Positions 63,567 to 64,000 of a stretch of DNA of 64,000 bases are shown one piece after another. Source of the stretch: a virus (taxonomy: Duplodnaviria; Caudoviricetes); the IMG/VR virus record IMGVR_UViG_3300029288_000081, positions 64,001-128,000 of that record. One strand, written 5' to 3'. Below the pieces are notes generated by a model, which saw only the letters and a list, made by a program, of their open reading frames with translations, was not told the origin of the DNA and did no database searches. Position 1 is the stretch's first letter, and each line of letters opens with the position of its first letter. Made by a program: the position numbers and the translations under genes.

Positions 63567-64000
63567 ACATCGGTCGAGGAAAACACTTGCGACAAGGGCT
63601 CGGCGCGGAGCAACGCCAGGACGCCGAGTGCGTGGCGGCAGTGGCGGCTCAGAACGCGAACCCATTCGTTCGGATGCGTACCGTAGCGGAACTTGTGCGT
63701 AGCCACCTCGACGATGCCGCCGACACGTTCCCCCAGAGCCACGCTGGCAATCTTCTCGCTGTCCACCGGGAGCACCGTGTAGATGTGGACGCTGATGGTC
63801 TTGCTGATGCCGATGCTAGTGAGCACGGCCGTCAAGAGAACGTGTGGCACCTCTGCGCCGAGCTTGGCGAGCGCGATGTTGCGCGAGCCCACGTGGAGGG
63901 GCACGGAGAGCGCCTCTTCGCCTGACGCAGCATGCGCCTCGGTGAGCAAGCTGCGTAGGCTGCGCTGGTGCTCCGCGGACAGGCGAGCGGGCGCTAGGGC
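63545..64000 (-). CDS. hypothetical protein, probably truncated by the window edge
   Basis: The open frame appears to continue toward the window end. Confidence 0.45.
   Translation of the reverse strand, partial: ALAPARLSAEHQRSLRSLLTEAHAASGEEALSVPLHVGSRNIALAKLGAEVPHVLLTAVLTSIGISKTISVHIYTVLPVDSEKIASVALGERVGGIVEVATHKFRYGTHPNEWVRVLSRHCRHALGVLALLRAEPLSQVFSSTDVSKVVDT

Overview
A gene-dense, high-GC window from a large bacterial virus or phage-plasmid. The host is plausibly a myxobacterium or similar GC-rich Gram-negative (inference only), and most genes are on the minus strand. The window encodes two atypical tRNAs (Lys-TTT, Tyr-GTA) and a tyrosine recombinase. A replication block comprises an AEP primase, a large Cys-cluster SF2-like helicase, an intein-containing DEAH helicase, DnaQ-like and 5'-3' exonucleases and an SSB-like protein. 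Also present are a MoxR AAA+/DUF2201-VWA pair (the latter with an intein), an MT-A70 methyltransferase, HNH nucleases, MazG, a dual-specificity phosphatase, spike-like structural genes and many small Zn-finger ORFs. No capsid, portal, terminase or tail-tube gene was recognised. The main unexplained signal is a short hydrophobic-x-x-Asn motif shared by about nine unrelated, scattered proteins (cell-wall enzymes, polyvalent effectors, repeat proteins). It sits between an Arg-rich terminal tail and the protein body, or at domain junctions, suggesting an undescribed virion-cargo tagging and Asn-specific processing system. There are also two recurrent promoter-associated DNA motifs, widespread leaderless promoters and a candidate antisense RNA upstream of the helicase operon. 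All family calls come from motif recognition by eye; no database searches were run.
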